Source: Isurus oxyrinchus
Taxonomy: Eukaryota
DNA length: 64,000 nucleotides
Direction: 5' to 3'
NCBI GenBank assembly: GCA_026770705.1
Contig: JANJGN010000026.1
Span: 39,184,001 to 39,248,000, forward strand
In this document: positions 13,355 to 26,105 of the stretch, piece after piece
How the letters are laid out: every line of letters begins with the position of its first letter
How positions within the stretch are numbered: the first letter of the stretch is position 1
Notes under the pieces: model-generated
The model's database searches: none
Seen by the model: the letters and a program-made list of their open reading frames with translations, nothing else
What the model was told of the DNA's origin: nothing
Made by a program: the position numbers and the translations under genes

Positions 13355-13792
13355 GTTCAGCGCACGGTAATAGGCAGTAAGAGACTGGAGATCGGGGAAC
13401 TGTTGAGAGAACAGTTTGTATTTTCCTTTTGTCTTTGTCCAAAACAGCAACGAACCGGTCGAGGAAATCTGGAGGCTTAACTCCCTGTCCCTTGCCGAAT
13501 CTCTTCAGTAAGCATCGCCAATCTCCCCGGGACACTGTATGTACGAGTAGAGATAGGAATAACTACAGGACGTGTATTATCTGCAGTTAAGATCAGGTCT
13601 GCCCTTCTTGAACCGTTAATTTAGGCGGTTCGTTATGCATTAAATCTTGGCCACTCGCTCCTGTAACAAAAACACAAAATGTGTCAGAATTCTGCGAGAA
13701 AATATAACCAGTGGAACACAAACTAGTCATTTAAACATAGGCTCACCAGGCAGCACGGCTATTCTAATCAGCAGGAGATATGGGGAGCACAT
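13355..13792 (-). pseudogene. TCR alpha/delta V pseudogene
   Basis: Leader MCSPYLLLIRIAVLP|GTGAGC. V exon from 13660 has frameshifts and ends TAYYRALN (Cys to Arg). RSS CTCACTG-23-ACAAAAACC (13316-13354). Confidence 0.88.
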
Positions 13793-14039
13793 GATGTCTG
13801 GTGTAAACAATGCTAGAGAATAACAGATTGTTTAAATATGTTGACTCTTCTGATCTGATATTAAAGAGTAAATTCAGAGCAAGTGTTTATTCCGCTCATT
13901 CTGAGAATGCGGGACTTTTCTTTTTTATAGGATTGGCTCATCTCTCAGAACTGCCTGTAAATGTACGCCAGCTAGTGCTAGTTGCTGGCCAATTATTGCA
14001 GCCTCCAGTCCAACCATTTCCTTGTCCAGCTGTGTGAGT

Positions 14040-14420
14040 GAGACTCTCTGACTGTCTGCTTGTCTCTCACTCTCTCTGTCTCTATCGACGTTTCGACATC
14101 AATCTATCTCTTTTACTCTGCCTCTGTCTCTCTTTGACTTTATGTTTGCAGCTCCCTCTCTCTCTACCCTTCCTTCCGTTCTCCCCCCACCCCGTCTCTC
14201 TCTTTCTCTCTGACACTCACTCTCTCTTTATCTCTACCTCTCTCCCGTTTTCTCTCTCAATCCCTGTCTCTGACTTTCTGTCATGCTGTCACTTTCTTTT
14301 CCTAGCTAGCTATCTTTTTCCCTCCTTCTCTCTATCGGTATATTTCCTTCAATGTTTCTCCTTTCACCTCTGTCTCACACTGCCTGTTTAACACAGTTTT
14401 TATTTCCCTCTCTTTCCATA
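14040..14420. repeat. CT-rich low-complexity tract
   Basis: Pyrimidine run upstream of the 13792 leader, mirroring the 185-375 tract. Confidence 0.75.
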
Positions 14421-15424
14421 TCCGCCCCAGCCCTCTCGGTGACCTGTCAAGCGGAAAACAATGGAAATCGTTCTGAGTCACTGTCCGCACTGCCACAACC
14501 AATGAGATCCATTACCAACCAGAGCGGGAGGGGATGAGGGGCACGATTAAATGAACGTGACTGTGTAATGATCAGATACCTTTAAAACATGAACTGAATT
14601 CTCTACATCAGACTCAAAAATTGACTCGTGCTGAAGTTGACTCTGGTATTCATTCAGAAATCGACAGGTTTCTGCGAACACTGCGGGTTGAACTGTCTGA
14701 ATTTGACCTTAACTTAAAATGATTGAGAAATTGCACTTTTCCTAAGACTGAAAGCAAAGATTTCAGCTGGAGAATCCCGATCGGATCAGGATGTATTTTT
14801 TCCTTTATTTTCAAATTTCCCGGGCATTCTTCTGACCCTACTTCTGGTTCTGGCTGGGACACTGAATCCCCGTTACCCTTCTCTGATAATAAACAGGCAG
14901 CACACGTTGGGTTTGGCGAACCAACACCGGGGGTAGAGTTGTGAAATTATACATAGATGGGGGAATATTGTACGAAGGTCGTAAAGTCACTGACCAGTGA
15001 TGAGGACGTTGACTAAAGCCAGGCAAAGTTTCACCTCCATTGTTCCAGTCTGAACTCCAGAATCAGAAATTTTGATCACTAGGGAATAGAAAGTAAAACG
15101 TCGCGGAGATTCGAGTTTCTCAGCAGGGATGTCTTCTCCATTTGTATCTGTCTGAACAAGCATTTCCTGCAGCTGGGGTCCCTGATCATTATCATTATCA
15201 AGTGATCAGAGAGCGCCCTCTCCTGGACAGCACAAGCCTCACCGGGAAACCCTGACAGATGCAGACAGATAAACACACATTTATAGACAAGTGTAGACAG
15301 GCAGATAGCCACAGTAAATGACTACACAAGAGGTTGTCGCTTTTCCATATTAGTCAAATTGCAGAAACCACTGAAGCGCAATTTGCCTCACATAATCACT
15401 TGAGGCCCATTCGTCATTTTTGAT

Positions 15425-16691
15425 CCAGAGTAACCCAGAGACCCAGGGCAATGCCCTAGCGAACCAGGTTCCAATCCCACCAGGCAGATGATGGAATTTT
15501 AATTCAATAAAAATCTGGAATTAAAAGTCTGATAATGACAGTGAAACCGTTACTGATTGTTGTAAAAACCCACCTGGTTCACTAATGCCCTTTCAGGAAG
15601 GAAATGTGTCATTCTTACGTGCTCTGGCCTGCATGTGACTCCAGACCCACAGCAATGTGGTTGATTCAGATGCCCTCTAAAATGGCCGAGCAAGCCACTC
15701 AGCTGTAATCAAGGTCACAACATCACAAAAAAAACGAATGAAACTGGACGAACCACCAGTCATCGACCTAGGTACCGGAAATGACAACACAATCTCAGTC
15801 CTGTCGATCCTGAAAACTCCTCCTTACGGACAGCAGGGGGCTCGTGCCAAAATTGAGAGAGCTGTCTTATGGTCTTATCAAGCATCAGCCTGACATATGC
15901 TGATAATCCTCACGGAATCGTACTTAACAGATAATGTCCCAGGCACCAAAACCACCGACAGGGCAGGCCCAGCAGAGGTGGCGGAACAGTTGTATACAGT
16001 TGGCAGTTGCGCTGGGAGCCCATAACATCGGCTCCGGGCCCCACGAAGTCTCGTGACATCAGGTCAAACATGGGCAAGGGAACATCCTGCTGGTTACCAC
16101 GTACCTCCCTCCCTCAGCTGATGAATCAGTGCTCCTTCATGGTGAACATCATTTGGAGAAAGCACTGAGGGTGGCAAGGGCACAGAATGTACTCTGGGCG
16201 AGTAACTTCAATGTCCATCACCAAGAGTGGCTCGGTAGTATCACTGCCGCTTGAGCTGGCCAAGTCCTAAATGATGCAGCTGCTAGACTGGGTGTGCAGC
16301 AGATGGTGAGGGAGCCAAAAAGAGGGAAAAACAGACTTAACCTCATCGTCATCACCCTGCCTGGCGCAGATGCATCTGGCCATGACAGTATCAGTAGAAG
16401 TGACCACCTCACAGTCATTATGGAGACGAAGACCCACCTTCACATTGAAGATGCCCTCCATCGTGTTATGTGGCACTACCACCACGTGCTAAATGGGATA
16501 GATTGCGAACAGATCTAGCAAGTCAAGACAGAGCATTCATGAGACTCTGTGTGCTATCAGCAGCAGCAGAATTGTACTCGAGCACAATTTGTACACCATG
16601 GCCCGACATATCCGCCAGTCTACCATTACCATGAAGCCAGGGGATCAACCCTTGTTCAATGAAAAGTGCAGGAGGGCATGCCAGGAGCAGC
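15425..16691 (+). mobile_element. Non-LTR retrotransposon 5' part with decayed APE endonuclease
   Basis: Repeat 5' UTR followed by a broken ORF (GLVPKLRELS..QPDI..ILTESYL..QQMVREPKRGKNRLNLIV..SDHLTV). It runs into the assembly gap. Confidence 0.8.
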
Positions 16692-16864
16692 NNNNNNNNN
16701 NNNNNNNNNNNNNNNNNNNNNNNNNNNNNNNNNNNNNNNNNNNNNNNNNNNNNNNNNNNNNNNNNNNNNNNNNNNNNNNNNNNNNNNNNNNNNNNNNNNN
16801 NNNNNNNNNNNNNNNNNNNNNNNNNNNNNNNNNNNNNNNNNNNNNNNNNNNNNNNNNNNNNNNN
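16692..16864. other. Assembly gap
   Basis: Run of n. Confidence 1.
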
Positions 16865-16933
16865 AATCCACTGGCACTTAATTTAATTCTGCTTTCAAAT
16901 ATCATTAAGTTGATTTTATTGTTGCTTTGGCAG

Positions 16934-17166
16934 CTGCTTCTTGTCACTCGGAGAGATTTCAGATATCAACGTATCGGAGAACTTTCAGGCCAGAAATTTG
17001 ACTCTTGTACTGACATTTCTTCAATCAAGCTCCCGAGTGTCTTACCTTCACATACAGGGATGAAAGAGTTGAGGGAGATTTAAAGTACCTGAGGACCGTG
17101 AGAAAGGCTCCACCACGCTCACTGTTAACACTGTTCAGCTATCAGACTCTGTGGTGTGTTACACTG
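16934..17166 (+). pseudogene. TCR V pseudogene, paralog of the 42911 V
   Basis: Ends GSTTLTVNTVQLSDSVVCYTA and aligns by eye to 42911-43191. A (CA)n tract occupies the RSS position. Confidence 0.75.
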
Positions 17167-17205
17167 CACACAAATACACACACACAACAGACAAAAACAC
17201 ACACA

Positions 17206-17258
<53 letters not shown>
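17167..17258. repeat. (CA)n microsatellite
   Basis: Directly visible. Confidence 0.95.
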
Positions 17259-17260
<2 letters not shown>

Positions 17261-17700
17261 TAAATAGCAAAATACCCATCACCCTTCATTCGTGGACCTG
17301 TTCAATTGTGATTTGTGTCCACCTTTAATGATTAGGGAAGTAGGAAGACTTATGCATATTTATGAATTTGCAATCCAACCTTATAATGGTGGAATTATTA
17401 ATGTCACTGCAAATGAGCATGCATTGTGTTAGTCAATTAGGCCCACGAGAGGACTGAGCCAAATAATCTCGCAATTTTTGCAGAAGAGCAACGGCAGAAA
17501 ATGGAAAATAAGAAACAGACACGTTATGCTAATAATGAAATCAAAGTAATAGTATTCATAATAATCTGACGTAATAATACTTCAGCAAAATCATGCAGCA
17601 ATATTCGGGTAGGAATTAAGGATCATTGTTTTCCGCAGGTTACCACTGGATGGCGCTCCAGTACTTCAGCTTTGGCTAAAACTTGAAGAACTGTCAGTTT

Positions 17701-17840
17701 ACAAAAACAATAAAACTGCGGATGCTGGAAATGCAAAACAAAAACAGAATTACCTGGAAAAACTCAGCAGGTCTGGCAGCATCGGCGGAGAAGAAAAGAG
17801 TTGACGTTTCGAGTCTTCATGACCCTTCGACCGAACTGAG
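17701..17840. mobile_element. Penelope-type terminal repeat, solo copy
   Basis: Matches 4572-4713. Similar copies at about 24200-24345, 26180-26380 and 48475-48585. Confidence 0.7.
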
Positions 17841-18706
17841 TGAATCCAAACTGGTATTAAATGTACTTGTTCAGGTTCCTGTGAAGCATCCCCACCATAT
17901 GCACTGCAGTGACTGAAGAAACAAGCGCAACTCCACCTTTCAAGTGAGAAATAAAGATGAGCAATACATGTTGACCTTGCCGGTAACAACAACACCCCGC
18001 GGATGATTAAAACATATCATTCCTCAAAATGTGCAAAGCCACCTAGCAAAAAGCAAAATACATAACAGATCAACAATTTTGAATCTCCGCAAACATCTTT
18101 CAGACGTTTCCATAATGAATTACTAAGGCTACATTAACAATCGGGACTGTCTAGTGGGAACTCACTGTACAGTAACTATTACAGTCTTTCACAGGTTGAA
18201 AAGTACCTTAGTGTAATTACTAAACTTATTTTTATATTGCAATTCATCTAATATAACTATTTCACTGTAATTCGTTTTCTGATGCTGTAGTAAGATACGT
18301 GCACGAACATATATGTTACTACACTGTGATATGCTATTATTCCGCACAACACTTAAAACACTAGATTGTATTTGAATACCTTAAAATAAGTGTTCAACGA
18401 TATAACAGGTTAATGTCCATGCAATGTCACACATTACAATTCATATTTCAGCAATCCAATAAACGGTATTCCTTTCAATCAATTGAATATTACCTTGTAA
18501 TGCTGCACAAAGCAAGTACAAGTTATGCGCTACAATTCACCATAACACAGTATTATCCCATATAAGGCATCGGAGCCCGGTTGAGGCCCTAAACATTCTG
18601 ACAGCACTGAAAATTTGGGAAAACATCATCCCGATCCTGAACGGGACGAGACCATCTTTCTGGGGATTTTCAAAAATAAATAGTTTATTTCAGATCTTTC
18701 GCTTAC

Positions 18707-18776
18707 CAGGGGCACCAATAACAGCGAGAATGGGATAGCAAATGGCAAATAATAGGCTTTTCACTGGTCCGTGCAT
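18707..18776 (-). pseudogene. Orphan first exon of a GPR139-like GPCR
   Basis: ATG..MHGPVKSLLFAICYPILAVIGAP + G|GTAAGC (70 nt, phase 1). From recall, this resembles the short TM1 exon (..YYPILAxIGVP|VN) of the expanded elasmobranch GPR139-like family. No downstream exon recognised. Confidence 0.55.
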
Positions 18777-19464
18777 CGTCTCTCAGAAAAGAAATGGATT
18801 CCCGACACTGTATACTTTAGTTCTGAGAGGCATTCAAAGCGTCCCTCGTTTATTCCGAATGAGAGTCTCCAGAGAGACAATAAGTTACAACATGCACCGT
18901 AGCTACAGTTCAGTAAACAAACAGATTAACCGAGTTTTATGCCCCCCGTTCGTAACATTAGCAAGATGGATGAAGCCATTAGACACTTGGGTGAGGAGCT
19001 GGCTGCAAATTCTGCGGTGATCCCTCTCCACAAACCAGCCTTTGCGTCTACATCAAGTGGAGCCGCTGATGGAACATATCGACTTGGGTCCTATCGCTAA
19101 CCAAAACACATCTCTTCCCATGGCTGCCAGTCCGCTGGGCGGGGTTTGTGTTTGATAATTTACCCCATCGTCACTGCCTCATCCCTCTTGCTCAAACAAT
19201 AATACTCGTGTCATGCAAGACAACTGTATCAAGCCATTCATATTGCAAAATCAGAAAGAGCATTAACATATGAGAGTGCACAAGAGAAAATGGGAGATAA
19301 AAGAGAAAGACTGATATAGAGAAAGAAGAAAAACGAAAGGGAAGGGTACAAATATGGAGTATAAGTGAAGGAAAGAACGAATGACAGAAATCAAGTAAGA
19401 AAGCACCTGGTGTTTGTCATTCTGTGCCCGCTGTTTCTCGCATTACTACACATTAATTCTCGGA

Positions 19465-19900
19465 TGTGGGAATCGCGAACAAGGCCGGCATTTAGTGCAA
19501 ATTTCTCGTTGCCACTGAGAAGGTGGTGGTTAGCAGCCTTCACGACTCACAACAGCTAAAGGTCTACCTACAGCGTCTTTAGCACAGGTGTTACAAAATT
19601 AGACCCCAGGGACAATGAAGGACCAGCAACATATTTACAAGTTAGAATGTGATTTGGTTTGGAGGGGAAAACAGCTGTTTCCCCAGGCACCCACTGCCCT
19701 TCTGAGTGGTTGAGATCATTCCAAAGAAGGCTTTCTGTGTTCCTGCAGCCCATCCTCCAGGCTCCACATACTCCAACCACGACTGGGAGTCTGGAGGTGA
19801 GCTACTCCACGCAGAACATCGAGCTGTGGCGTACTATTGTGGGAGGCTCAGTTCAGGATGTAAATGGTGGGGAATTCACTGTAGGTCAGGCCATTGAATG
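19465..19900 (-). mobile_element. Diverged LINE 3'-end fragment
   Basis: Same family as 8864-9200. Confidence 0.6.
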
Positions 19901-20495
19901 TCAAGTGGACGTGGCCATGCTGCCCCTAATCGAGATAATCAATGTCACCTCAGATAATTGTATTTTACTAAATTGTTGATAAATGGGGTGATTCAAAAGG
20001 TCAGGCAAATGGAATCCTTATCTCGGACCAGATTCTGGTGGAATTAGGCCAGCGAATATACTGAGTTATACTTATTGCTCCCGATTAGTTTTTAGATTAA
20101 ATTAGCAATTAAGTTTATACTCGCCTGGGCCCTCCATTTGTTATCACTACACTGCACCATTCTTCTGTTTATATTTCATGACACTCTGTCTCACTTATTA
20201 ATGCATTAGGCCAGCTCTGCTTATAATACGTATTTCCCTGTCGCAGTTATTTCTGCATTACTCTCTGTATACAACACGGGCCTCTTTTTCCGTTAATATA
20301 ATACGAAGCACGGCTTCCGTTATTACTGCGGTGGATGAATCATTTGTTTACATCACAGAAGAGCTGATCTAAATTATTCCAGCATTGACTCGTTTCGCTT
20401 TCGGCGGCACCAGATCCTGCCTGAGTTATTTCTGCTGCAGGATATTTCTCGATTTAGATCATTGACGAGTTTGCCTTTAATTTTGCCGTAAAATT

Positions 20496-20584
20496 CGATT
20501 CTGGTGTAATTCGAACCCACAACCTTTGAATGCCTGAGGCATCAAAAACTCGACGCTCAACGCGCTGTCCATTGCCACAGAGGC
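20496..20584 (-). pseudogene. Intron-containing tRNA-Arg(TCT)-derived pseudogene
   Basis: Minus strand reads GCCTCTGTGGCAATGGACAGCGCGTTG...ATTCAAAGGTTGTGGGTTCGAATTACACCAGAATCG, close to vertebrate tRNA-Arg-TCT. An intron-length insert is retained; the D-arm has a deletion and the anticodon stem is damaged. Confidence 0.75.
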
Positions 20585-21419
20585 ACAGCACATGGGCTGT
20601 TGAACGATTGTTGATTATATAAGAGTATCTTTATTTTCTTTAGAATATTTTATATTACATGGGGCCCTACGCCAGATTTACTGCATAAAAACATGTCATT
20701 ATTCACATTACATCAGATACTGTGTCGAGATTTATAATACACTAGTCCCTGCGTATGCTTATATTACACCAGACCATTTCTCTGATTCGATCACACAAAT
20801 GTCTGTCTCGTACAATGGAAATATATGTAAAAGGGGTCTCTTGGCGAAGAAAGTCGCCACATTGCAATCGTGCATTAAAAATATCTGTCAAATGTGATCC
20901 GTTTCGATTCGCTTGGCGTTCATTTTAGCAGTTCTTAATATGGCATCAGCAAGTGAATCGCCGCCACAAGAAACTTCAATATAGGTGTTCACCCCACTCC
21001 ACCAGCAGAGGCATATTGGTTTCTTTCTTTATTGCCAGTTTCTTGTTAAATAAGTTAACAATTTCCCATTGAAAGCTTCCCAGAATTTTTAACCTTAATA
21101 TTGGCTCTACCGCACTTAATTCTGCTTGACTTCTTACCTCAAACCTCTGGTTTGTTCCTAGACAATCCTCTGAGTGAAATTCACTCGGTAAGTGGACATG
21201 GTTGTGGAGAGAATTCTGAGACATTTTCAAGAAATTCGGCGGTCTGTAGCAGAAGATGTTCATCAGGTGGCGACAATGATCTTACTGACATTTGAATTGG
21301 AGAGAAACCAATTTGTTCAGCACACAGGAGAACGTGATATCATATTGCTACTGCTCAAATTAATTTGAACTGAGTACGTTTCGTCAAAAATTATCTGAAG
21401 GAGATATACATTTTGAACT

Positions 21420-22110
21420 GATTTGAATCAACACTTTCCAAAGAATGTCACAATCTTGGAACAGGTTGAGAAGAAATTTACGGGAATTGTACCAGGGATG
21501 AGGGACCTCAATTATATGAAGAGATTAGTGAAACTGGGATTGGCCTTCTTGGAGCAGAGACTGTCAAAGTGTGGTATAATAGAGGTGTTTAAATTTACGA
21601 AAGCTTTTGAGAGAGTTAGACCATAAGACCATAAGGCATAGGAGCAGAAGTTAAGCCATTCGGCCCATCGAATCTGCTCCACCATTCAATCATGGCTGAT
21701 AAGTTTCTCAACCCCATTCCCCCGCCTTCACCCCGTAACCGTTGATCCCCTTACCAATCAAGAACCTATCTATCAGTTTTTGGTGAGGTATTCATTCCAC
21801 TGGCAGGAGGATCTGTAGACAGAAGAACCAGAGTTATGGACAATTCATAAGTGAATATAGAGTGATATTAGATTTTTTCATGGAGCGATTGATATGAGCT
21901 AGAGTGCACTTCTGGAAAGGGAGATAGAAGCATTTTCATTTGTAACTTTTATAAGGGAAGCTTATATATACTTGAAATTGAAAAAAATGTGCAGGGCTTT
22001 ACAGAAAGTGTAGGAGAGCGGAGCTAATTGGAGAGCATTTCATGGAGAGTGGGCACAGTTCTGATGGAATGAACAGTCTCTATCTTTGCTGTAAGCTTCC
22101 ATGATTTTAT
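21420..22110. mobile_element. CR1-type LINE 3' fragments (nested)
   Basis: Plus-strand peptide ILEQVEKKFTGIVPGMRDLNYMKRLVKLGL is interrupted by an opposite-strand CR1/SINE tail at about 21620-21775. Confidence 0.7.
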
Positions 22111-22219
22111 GCATTGAAATTGCATTAACCATTGACCTTGGCGTTGTTATTTTTCTTATTAGAGCAACTGCATTACCGAATGTCATGGTAAGATTGTAGG
22201 TATTACGTTTTACATGAAC

Positions 22220-22630
22220 CCTTTCAGCAGTTTAGTAGCTAAAGTGAATTGACTCTGATTTCAAAATCAGCAGATGGTGGATCACAACTCAACTTCAAAA
22301 TCTGAACATAGTTACCAGACTTGTAATCAGGGTACCGAAAGATCATTATCTTTTCCAGACATCATGAAACAATAGTCCCATTTCATCTCTTGACTGTTGA
22401 AGTGGGGCCTGCACTATGTCCTGGTCGATATTCCTTCCTTCAACCAAAATAATCAAAGATACATTACTCTGATGCGAGACCCTTTGCTCCACCGCTGAAA
22501 CTTCTGTGCTCAAATCAGAAACGTTTATCTGCAATTAGTTGCATTCTAAATCCATTTTGACCTCCCACAGAGTGTGATGGGGTGGTAGGTCAGTGTTTGT
22601 TGATCTGATAACGTGACAAACAATAGCTTT
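22220..22630 (+). mobile_element. Decayed Deu-domain SINE
   Basis: Similar to 63450-63790 (gtcctggtcgatattccttccttcaaccaa). Confidence 0.45.
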
Positions 22631-22949
22631 CATCATAATTTACACAATGGTTGGGCGGCAAACGTCGGATCAGGACAGACGATAAACGCACGTGTAGAAA
22701 TGACAAGGCAGATCTCTACTGGTGCTATGGAAATCTGTAAACACCTAGTGGCAGCTAAATGGAGGTTCTGTTCACAGTCCACGAGGATCTATTTCTGTTA
22801 TTACTGCACTGGAGTATGTCACCGTTTGTTTCAGTTGCACTGCATCATATAATGTCTTTTATGTTGTACGAGACATTGTAACATTAATTACTACACCAAA
22901 CTGTGCCTTCTATTTGATGGAGAAATAATGAGGCAGTTCTACATAAAAA

Positions 22950-23620
22950 CGTAAGAAAAAGGAATAGCTTAGGTTATCGATCTTTCAAGTCTTCACCACT
23001 GAGCAATAAATACATGGCTGATCTTCTATATCAACTCCACAATCCTGTACTTTCCCTGTATCATTTCATTCTCTTTATATCCGAAACTCTTCGATCTTTA
23101 CCTTTTATATATGTAAAAACTGAACATTCACTCAGTTTCCGAAACCTCTGTCCTAAGTGTTCGACCTATTATTCTGGGAATGTGAACCTTAATTCTAGAT
23201 TCCCCAGCCAGGGTAAATTTCTCCCAGCATCTATTCTATCAATACACTTAAGAATTTCCATCGAATATGCGCACAGTCGGATTCACCTCCCCTCATGGGA
23301 CAAATATCTCATGCCAGGAATCAGTCCAGTCAACCTTTGTCGCACTCCCTCAAAGACTAGCATATCCTTCCTTTGCAAAGGAGACTAAAACTGTACACAG
23401 TACTCTAGGTAATCTCACCAAGGCCCAATATAATTGCAGAAAGACTGCTTAACATTTGAACTATCATCCAATGTTAAGAAAGGCTAACGCACCATATGGT
23501 TTCCTAATTTATTGCTGTGGCAGCATGTTAACTTCCTGTGACCTACAGAGCACACAACTCCCACTGATTGCCAACATTTGCCAGTCTCTCACAATTCGCA
23601 ATGTCTTGTTTTTTTTTCAA
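22950..23620 (-). mobile_element. CR1-type LINE 3' fragment
   Basis: 'caggaatcagtccagtcaacctttgtcgcactccctc..aactgtacacagtactctagg' matches the other CR1 tails. Confidence 0.65.
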
Positions 23621-24389
23621 ATGTTCCCTCCTAGAGTGTATCATTTCACAATTGGTCAATCTTCTGTGGTTTTTCCACTCACGGAATCTGTCTGTGTTCC
23701 TTCTCAAAATTTTAGCATCCTCCTCATTACTTATTTTTCAAGCTAACTTGTAAAATAAATTAACCAGTTTCGTTGTAATCTGCGTCCACCCGGTGCCAGT
23801 GGACCATACCTTTGTTTCTTAGTGCAGAACTTGAGAATCCTGTCCAGTTGTACAAACAACAAGAAAATAATGCAAGAATAGAGTTAGCAACACAGGTTTT
23901 AACTGCTGCGAGTTAGGAAGGTACCTTGGAAATCTAAATAGGCCTTGAACATTGCTGAAAAAAGGGAAATGCTGTCGAAGCTATTTGTCTCACATTTAGC
24001 AGGTCAGATTCCTGTTGCGTATCTGTCCTGATGAATTCTAGGTGTAAAGCTGCGACAGCATGTCGCCTTTTTCAGCAATACTTCCGTTTCTATTACAGCA
24101 GGACTTTTCTATTTTAAAGTGCACTAAACCATGCCGCTCGTTTTTAAAGTAGGTCCTTTCTCAGTTTCTACCGCACCAGATAATGACTCCAATCAAAAGG
24201 ACAATACTGCAAACGCTAGAAATCTGAAATAAAGGCAGAAAACGCTGGAATAACTCTGCAGGTCTGTCAGCATCTGTGGAGAGAGAAACGGAGTTAATGT
24301 TTCGAATCCATAGAGTTTCGAGACCTGCAGAGTTTTCCCACTATTTTCTATCTTTATTTATTATTAAAGCCTCCGATAATTTCAGGACA

Positions 24390-25280
24390 GGCCATGTTTC
24401 TGGTAATATTGCATTGAGTCCTCTGGTATTACAACACGAGACTAGGCTTCTACTTATATCGCGCTGGGCCCGGCCTCATTTGCTACTGCACCAGGTTACA
24501 GCTCTGTTTAATTTACATCCTGCCTTTGTTAGTTGTAAACTAAAGGAATGTCTCATTGCACATTATTCCAAGCTTTGTCTCAGTTATTATTACACTGGAT
24601 GCTCTCTCTGTTCATTTTACCCAAGGCCTTTGTCTCACCTCATATCACGCTAGATCACGTTTCTATTTATATTTCTTGACAATATGGCATTGTTTTATTT
24701 CTACAGACGGTGTCTCAGTTTTGTATTGCACTCGGTCCTCGTTCAGTTATTACTGCACTGGATGACATATCAGTGCATATTTCACTGGACCCCGTCTCTG
24801 GCCTATTTGCACTAGCGTCCATGTCATTTCTTTCTGCTCTAGAACATGTGTCTATGTAAATTCAGATAGGCCCTCTCTAAGTTATTACTCCACTCAACCA
24901 TGTCTCTGTGTGCATGACAGGAAAAACGGCGTCAATTATTACTGCAGCTGAACATATACCCGTTGACATTACAGTAGGCCATGTCTTAGATATTAAGGCG
25001 TTAATTTATGCTTCCGCCATATTATACTAGTGGCTGATTCAGTTATTCATGCAGTTGGCCATCTCTTATTTTATGTTAAAGAAGACGCTGTTCCGGTTTA
25101 TATTATGCGAGGACATGACTCTTCGTATATTACTCTTGGCCCTGTGTTCGTTATTACTTGACTGGATCAAGCCAGGCATTATAATACTTGAAACCATGCC
25201 TAGTTACTGCTATAGTAGAAGCTGTTGCTGTTCATACGACACAAGGTCCCGTCCCTGCATATGTTACACTAGATGCTGAT
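24390..25280. repeat. Old degenerate satellite, about 25-bp unit (gtctcagttattattgcactaggcc-like)
   Basis: Periodic 'tctcagttattattacactgg/aggccatgt' motifs. Related blocks at about 20140-20810, 35960-36930 (opposite strand), 47530-47600 and 55680-55890. Confidence 0.65.
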
Positions 25281-25904
25281 GTGTATATTATATTCTTTTT
25301 ATTCATTTGTGGGGCGTACGCGTCGCTGGATAGGCCAGCATTTATTACCCATCCATAATTGCCCTTGTTCAGAGGACATTTAAGAGCCAGCCACAATGCT
25401 GCGGGTCAGGAGACATATGTAGGCCAGTCCAGATGAGGACAGCAGCTTTCCATCCCTAAAGGAAGGAAGGGGCAGTATTGAACCAGACGGGTTATTACAA
25501 CAATCGACAATGGTTTCATGAGAGCGATTTTGCCAAAAAAAGCAGTTCATCATCCGAGTAATTTAATTGAATGAAAATATTTTTTTATTATTTCATAATA
25601 ATATAACATACAGATTAACCGTCTGCAATAAAATAAATCACACATGGAAAGGATCTTGCCTGTTGTGGGAGAATCTAGAACTAGGAGTCACTGTTCAAAA
25701 ATAACGGTTTCCCATTTCAAACAGAGATGAGAAGAATTTTTTCTCTCAAAAAAGTAGTAAGTCTTTGAAACTCCCTTCCTCAAAGGGCAGGGGAAACAGG
25801 GTCTTTGAATGTTTTCAAGGCAGAGGTAGATCGATTTTTGATAAACAAGGGAGTGAAAGGTAACCGGGGGTAGGAAGCAGGTTACAGCCAGATCGGACAT
25901 CAGC

Positions 25905-26105
25905 ATATGGAATACCATTGCACTGTTTGACTGTCTGTAATAACCATGTTCAAATGTACGTTGTGTCTATTGATTGGATGGAAGCACCTCATGATCTCTG
26001 TGGAAAACTGGAATATGATTGCACTTTTTGTGGTGGCCATTTTGGAATGTTTTGTAATGTTCTTTCAGATATTTTATGAATAAAGTATCTTTTTTTCCAA
26101 AAAAG
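25905..26105 (+). mobile_element. Tx1/L1-like 3' UTR with poly(A)
   Basis: Reverse-complement match to about 39020-39150. AATAAA is followed by an A-rich tail. Confidence 0.65.

Noticed and set aside
15050-15255. Possible degraded V on the minus strand (..CLFRQIQ.., FYSLVIKISDSGV)
   Set aside because: No correctly spaced Cys/Trp, leader or RSS. The clearest signal here is a lone CTCF-like motif at about 15213-15226.
19706-19897. ORF containing AVAYYCGR, resembling a V end
   Set aside because: It lies within a decayed LINE 3' fragment, with no upstream V motifs and no RSS.
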